Below are positions 57,134 through 60,849 of a DNA stretch of 60,849 nucleotides, one piece after another. The position numbers and the translations under genes were made by a program. The first letter of the stretch is position 1. Each line of letters opens with the position of its first letter. Source of the DNA: a virus (lineage: Duplodnaviria; Caudoviricetes); the IMG/VR virus record IMGVR_UViG_3300007734_000735, positions 1-60,849 of that record; one strand, given 5' to 3'. The notes beneath the pieces were generated by a model. It saw nothing but the letters and a program-made list of their open reading frames with translations. It was not told the DNA's origin and ran no database searches.

Positions 57134-57553
57134 ATGACCCTTACGCCAGCAGTCTCCAAACTTTTGAAGGCATCCTGCCCAACCGCGACTCAGGATGTAA
57201 GGGCTAACCTTGAGAACCGTGCCAAAGCCATAGAAACGGCTTCCTACGGTCCCTTGAACCCTTCCGAGCCTAATGATGACTACTGGGCGAAGATGGGGGC
57301 TGAATGGGGCGTTAGCGCCGAGGAAGCAAAGAAACAGCGGTGTGGAAATTGCGCCGCCTTTATCCAAACCTCAGCGATGCTCGAATGTATCGAGGGGGGT
57401 TTAGCCCAAGGCGATACCCGCCAAACCGCGTGGGATGTCACCGAGGCTGGGGAGTTGGGTTACTGCGAAGCGTTCGATTTCAAGTGTGCTTCAAGGCGCA
57501 CCTGTAGGGCTTGGATTGTCGGAGGTCCAGTCACAGATTCAAATGCAAAGTAA
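57134..57553 (+). CDS. Cys-rich protein (HiPIP-like Cys pattern), probably leaderless
   Basis: RCGNCAAF..GYC..F.C...RTC.AW; TACCCT 6 nt before ATG. Confidence 0.65.
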   Translation: MTLTPAVSKLLKASCPTATQDVRANLENRAKAIETASYGPLNPSEPNDDYWAKMGAEWGVSAEEAKKQRCGNCAAFIQTSAMLECIEGGLAQGDTRQTAWDVTEAGELGYCEAFDFKCASRRTCRAWIVGGPVTDSNAK

Positions 57554-57687
57554 TGCCAAAGAAAAAAAGAGGCGCCTTTAATCCAATGCAGATAAAAGAT
57601 GGTTGGATTGTTCGTATGTCTAAGGATGGACGCATCCTTGCTAAAATTGAGCGTTACTTGCCGAGGCATCCAAAGAAAGTTGTTTGA
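57553..57687 (+). CDS. Small basic protein
   Basis: TAATG and TGATG coupling; 44 aa. Confidence 0.55.
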   Translation: MPKKKRGAFNPMQIKDGWIVRMSKDGRILAKIERYLPRHPKKVV

Positions 57688-57881
57688 TGACCGACACAAT
57701 CGTTCGTCTGCCAATACAGCCGAACCAGTTGTGTGACAGATGCCCAGCCATGGCTAAAGTTCGAGCAACATTTTTATCGGGCGAATTGCACTTTTGTGGG
57801 CATCACGCAAAAAACCTCAAGGACTCTCTTGTATTGAAAGCCCTTGAGGTTTATGACCCCGAAGCGTTATTTAATTTATAG
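57687..57881 (+). CDS. Small zinc-finger protein (actinobacterial CDRC..A..LxFCGHH type)
   Basis: CDRCPAMAKVR...ELHFCGHH. Confidence 0.7.
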   Translation: MTDTIVRLPIQPNQLCDRCPAMAKVRATFLSGELHFCGHHAKNLKDSLVLKALEVYDPEALFNL

Positions 57882-58058
57882 CGCGTCGAGAAATGTGCTG
57901 ATAGTTGCTGATAGAACTATGAGTACGGTAGAGATAATTCCTGCAAGTCCCCACAAATAACGCAATTCAGGAAACTTCGCTGGCTCTCTTTGTGGCACGA
58001 TTACTTTTGGTTGCATAATGTCTGCAAACTTCTTATCTACATCTTGCTGATTTTCCAT
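57876..58058 (-). CDS. Small membrane protein
   Basis: GAGAGGA RBS; C-terminal TM. Confidence 0.65.
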   Translation of the reverse strand: MENQQDVDKKFADIMQPKVIVPQREPAKFPELRYLWGLAGIISTVLIVLSATISTFLDAL

Positions 58059-58108
58059 GTGTTCCTCTCTTGTTGTAAGGATTTACAACTGGAGTTAGGA
58101 TACAGCAA

Positions 58109-58669
58109 TTAGTCTTTAATTACAATATGAAACGGTGGGGCAGAATCGGTGTTATATTCACAGGCAATGTCGAGAGCCTTGGTAGCCCACTTCCGTGCCT
58201 CCGCCCGAGTTATTAAATCTCCAGTAAGACAAGCCAAGGCACCAAGAGCAATAGCCCCACCTGAGCCAAGTCCGTAGATACCGCGAGAATCTTGTACCCA
58301 TGAGTAATCAGAACCGACTTCATAAATCTTGCCGTTGTAGATAATAAGAAATTCTGATTCATGGCTGGATTGTCCTTCCGTAGTTTTTTCGTAACCCGCA
58401 TCAGCAAAAGCCTTACGCATTGCTGGCATGAGAAAGCCAGTTATGAAATGGGCGTCATCTTTTGCAACATAAGTTTTAGGAAGTTTGAGTTGTGATTGCA
58501 AAATGTTTATTGCTCGCAAATCCCCTGCACATGCAATCGTAAAGTTTTCGTGTTCAATAATTTTTGAATGACCTTTCGCCATTCGATAAATTGTAGAATC
58601 ATCTGCAATACGAGTATCGGCACCCAAGAGCGCCCAGTTTCTTCCTTGGATACCAACGAGAGTTGTCAT
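58109..58669 (-). CDS. Proteasome beta/HslV-like Ntn protease
   Basis: MTT N-terminal Thr, GADTR, K, AG, GSG. Confidence 0.8.
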   Translation of the reverse strand: MTTLVGIQGRNWALLGADTRIADDSTIYRMAKGHSKIIEHENFTIACAGDLRAINILQSQLKLPKTYVAKDDAHFITGFLMPAMRKAFADAGYEKTTEGQSSHESEFLIIYNGKIYEVGSDYSWVQDSRGIYGLGSGGAIALGALACLTGDLITRAEARKWATKALDIACEYNTDSAPPFHIVIKD

Positions 58670-58679
58670 GCCCGACAGT

Positions 58680-59606
58680 CTACAAGTCGGGAATAACAAC
58701 CTCGGTTTGAACCGCCGTAAGTGCAAGCATGGCGTTGCGCCATACCTCGGGAGTTCCCGTGTCAGGCAAGTAACCGCCCGCTCCACCTAGAAGGATGGGC
58801 ATGTCATGGAACTGCTCTCTAACGGCTCGGAGTGACCTCCAATAGCCCGCTGGTGTGTAAGCAAGTTCGCTCAATGGGTCATCTTTGAGACCATCTGCCC
58901 CACATGCTACAAAAATCATCGTAGGCTCGAATTCAGCGCAAGCCTCAAAGAAAGATTCAGTCGCAGTCATTAAATCTGCATCATCTGAATCACGGGTCAG
59001 CGGAAAGTTATAGGCACGGTTTTTGTAATCCGAGATTAAACCTGTTCCTGGAAAAATTCCGTATTGGTGAACAGAAAATGTCATGACATTTTTGTTAGCC
59101 TTGAGCAACATCTCAGTACCGTCGCCATGGTGTGCATCAATATCAAAGATTGCTACGCGCTCGCCTAGTTCAGTTGCCTTTGTCGCGGCGATAGCGAAAT
59201 CTGCAAAGATACAAAACCCGCTGGAGTAATCGCGCATGGCGTGATGCTTTGCACCTGCCAAGTTGATAGCAAGCAAAGTTTTCTTATCAAGCAAAACATC
59301 TAGGGCTGTCAATGTCCCGCCAACAAATAACTTTGCTAGTTCGCCGAGGTCATGACGCTGACCATCCCATTCATCTGATTCACCTTTGATAGTGACATCA
59401 TGAACATAGATAGGGTCATGCACCAAGAGAAGGTCATCGGTATGTGGCATCTCAGGATGGATTTCATCTACATTGAGACGACGCTTCTGAGCCTCCAACA
59501 TAATCTGATTACGCCCATGCAGAAATCGTCGCCCCTGTGTAGGGTGCGACTTATCGAAAATCCAGTTCGCATATTCGGGCGAATGAACAAGAATTGCGTG
59601 TTCCAT
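58680..59606 (-). CDS. Zn-dependent histone deacetylase-family (AcuC-like) enzyme
   Basis: GAKHHA, SGFC, DIDAHHGDGT, SVHQ..FPGTG, GAD...DPL, GGY. Confidence 0.9.
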   Translation of the reverse strand: MEHAILVHSPEYANWIFDKSHPTQGRRFLHGRNQIMLEAQKRRLNVDEIHPEMPHTDDLLLVHDPIYVHDVTIKGESDEWDGQRHDLGELAKLFVGGTLTALDVLLDKKTLLAINLAGAKHHAMRDYSSGFCIFADFAIAATKATELGERVAIFDIDAHHGDGTEMLLKANKNVMTFSVHQYGIFPGTGLISDYKNRAYNFPLTRDSDDADLMTATESFFEACAEFEPTMIFVACGADGLKDDPLSELAYTPAGYWRSLRAVREQFHDMPILLGGAGGYLPDTGTPEVWRNAMLALTAVQTEVVIPDL

Positions 59607-59773
59607 CAATCTTCATACCTCTCTTTGAGTGGATAAAGATAACCGCCCATTGCGACATCTGCACCAGTTTTAATAACAACATCATCGGCTGAGAGTTCGA
59701 CCTTTGCATCAGGGAAAAACTGCACAATCCATTTTTGTAAATCTTCTTTTGTTTCTACTTCAGCAATGTCCAT
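59606..59773 (-). CDS. Small hypothetical protein
   Basis: GAGAGGA RBS; TGATG coupling to deacetylase. Confidence 0.6.
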   Translation of the reverse strand: MDIAEVETKEDLQKWIVQFFPDAKVELSADDVVIKTGADVAMGGYLYPLKERYED

Positions 59774-59802
59774 TTCCCATCCTCTCTATTATTAACCCCA
59801 GT

Positions 59803-59946
59803 TTACTCTAAAGTTTGAACCTTATCAACATTCCACTTTTCTTCAGCGAATTTAGATTCAGCAACCTCGTAAGCATGTTCTAAATCCTCAGCCTCAATCT
59901 TGACTATCTTTTCTTGAGATAACCACACTTCAAATTTAGGTGTCAT
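59803..59946 (-). CDS. Small hypothetical protein
   Basis: MTPKFEVW...; ATGA coupling. Confidence 0.55.
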   Translation of the reverse strand: MTPKFEVWLSQEKIVKIEAEDLEHAYEVAESKFAEEKWNVDKVQTLE

Positions 59947-60098
59947 TTTCTTTCCTTCAAAACAATCTTTGCTGCTCGCAGATTCAGTTCATCTTCAGCA
60001 GTATTTAGGGCTGGCAACATCTGAAGAGCCTTTACCATATTCTTCAAAGCCCAAGTTGGTTGATTGCCAACAATCTTTTTTGCTTCTTCTATTGTCAT
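59943..60098 (-). CDS. Small hypothetical protein
   Basis: [14 protein letters not shown]; GGAGG RBS. Confidence 0.65.
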   Translation of the reverse strand: MTIEEAKKIVGNQPTWALKNMVKALQMLPALNTAEDELNLRAAKIVLKERK

Positions 60099-60337
60099 AC
60101 CGCTACCTCCGATTTCATTTTCTTCCAACGCTTGTATTCCGTTGATGCCACTAAGATTCCATAACCGTTATGTATTTCTTGAGCGCCATCCCATAATTCT
60201 TTAGCGATGGCTCCACGACCTTCGTAGCCCTCATCTATAAATTTCTCAAAGTTGCCCCATTGGTCACAAAGAATCCAACCACGCTGGGGATTGCCACTTC
60301 TTGTGTTTGGAGCCTTGATGTAAGTAAGGAATTTCAT
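60095..60337 (-). CDS. Hypothetical protein
   Basis: [18 protein letters not shown]. Confidence 0.7.
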   Translation of the reverse strand: MKFLTYIKAPNTRSGNPQRGWILCDQWGNFEKFIDEGYEGRGAIAKELWDGAQEIHNGYGILVASTEYKRWKKMKSEVAV

Positions 60338-60666
60338 TATGCACCCGCCTTCTCTAGTAATTTGAATCCAAGGTCAGCGCAGATATAAGCGCGACCATCA
60401 ATCTCAACCTCATCGCCTATTGAAAGAGATGTGTGAGTTCTAGTTGGAGACAACAAGGATTCGATTTTTTGCCACAGATTGATTTCCGCTGGTGAAGCGC
60501 CAAAGTCAGCAAGTTCACCTTGAAGGTTAGTCACCTTGTAGATTGCCTCGCAGATTCTAAAGTCATCGCTGACTTGCTTTGGCAGTTCTAGTTCAACGCT
60601 ACTAATAAAGCGTCCGCGTTCGGGCTGGTCGCCAAACGCTTTCCAAGTGATTTTGATTTTAGTCAT
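60337..60666 (-). CDS. Hypothetical protein
   Basis: MTKIKITW; HTSLSIGD.VEIDG..Y.C...GF. Confidence 0.7.
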   Translation of the reverse strand: MTKIKITWKAFGDQPERGRFISSVELELPKQVSDDFRICEAIYKVTNLQGELADFGASPAEINLWQKIESLLSPTRTHTSLSIGDEVEIDGRAYICADLGFKLLEKAGA

Positions 60667-60759
60667 TATGCACTCACCTTTCCGAACTCTACATTTCTGA
60701 AGCAAGATGCTTGGTAGGCAACCTCGCCTATATTTTCACAGTAGACACCTTCTACCGTG

Positions 60760-60840
60760 CCTTTGTTGAAGTATTGACCTTTTCGCTTGAATTGACGAGT
60801 TACCGTGTAGGTATCGTCCCAAGCCAAGTAAATCTCAACG
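60760..60840. repeat. Terminal direct repeat (copy 2)
   Basis: Matches 1-81; last 9 nt of the window diverge. Confidence 0.95.
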
Positions 60841-60849
60841 GTTTGTAAG

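Noticed and set aside
57134-57553. Call as a true HiPIP electron carrier
   Set aside because: Only Cys spacing is similar and there is no export signal; left as Cys-rich hypothetical
60760-60849. attL/attR or true biological terminal repeat
   Set aside because: Lies mid-gene, no integrase seen; best explained as assembly overlap with a noisy end

Overview
This is an apparently complete, circularly permuted ~60.76 kb tailed-phage (siphovirus-like) genome. Positions 1-81 recur at 60760-60840, and one ORF reads through the junction. The host is probably an actinobacterium (two WhiB genes, leaderless-type starts, actinophage-like small genes). Modules: divergent early cassettes with a repeated promoter box (55-60.8 kb and 0-7.3 kb); transglycosylase/WhiB/SSB; head genes (portal, MuF, XkdF-type protease, scaffold, capsid); fibre, neck and tail genes; lysis; Gam/ERF recombination; an iteron-containing replication initiator; a DNA-modification cluster; terminase. 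No integrase, DNA polymerase, tRNA or CRISPR array was recognised. Main candidate novel system: a ~10 kb cassette between MuF and scaffold. It encodes polyproteins in which 11 copies of a K-H-x(2-4)-HDQxTHG(xW) tag each precede a different domain (several ADP-ribosyltransferases, a GNAT, a ParB-like domain, a RelA/SpoT synthetase). I infer protease-released, virion-packaged effectors with interleaved immunity-like genes, one nested out of frame and one fused to the protease; the 11th tag needs a -1 frameshift. Second: a C5 cytosine MTase with the motif-X Asn replaced by Arg, next to a CmoA-like gene, suggests DNA cytosine carboxymethylation. All family calls are by-eye motif recognition; no database searches were run.
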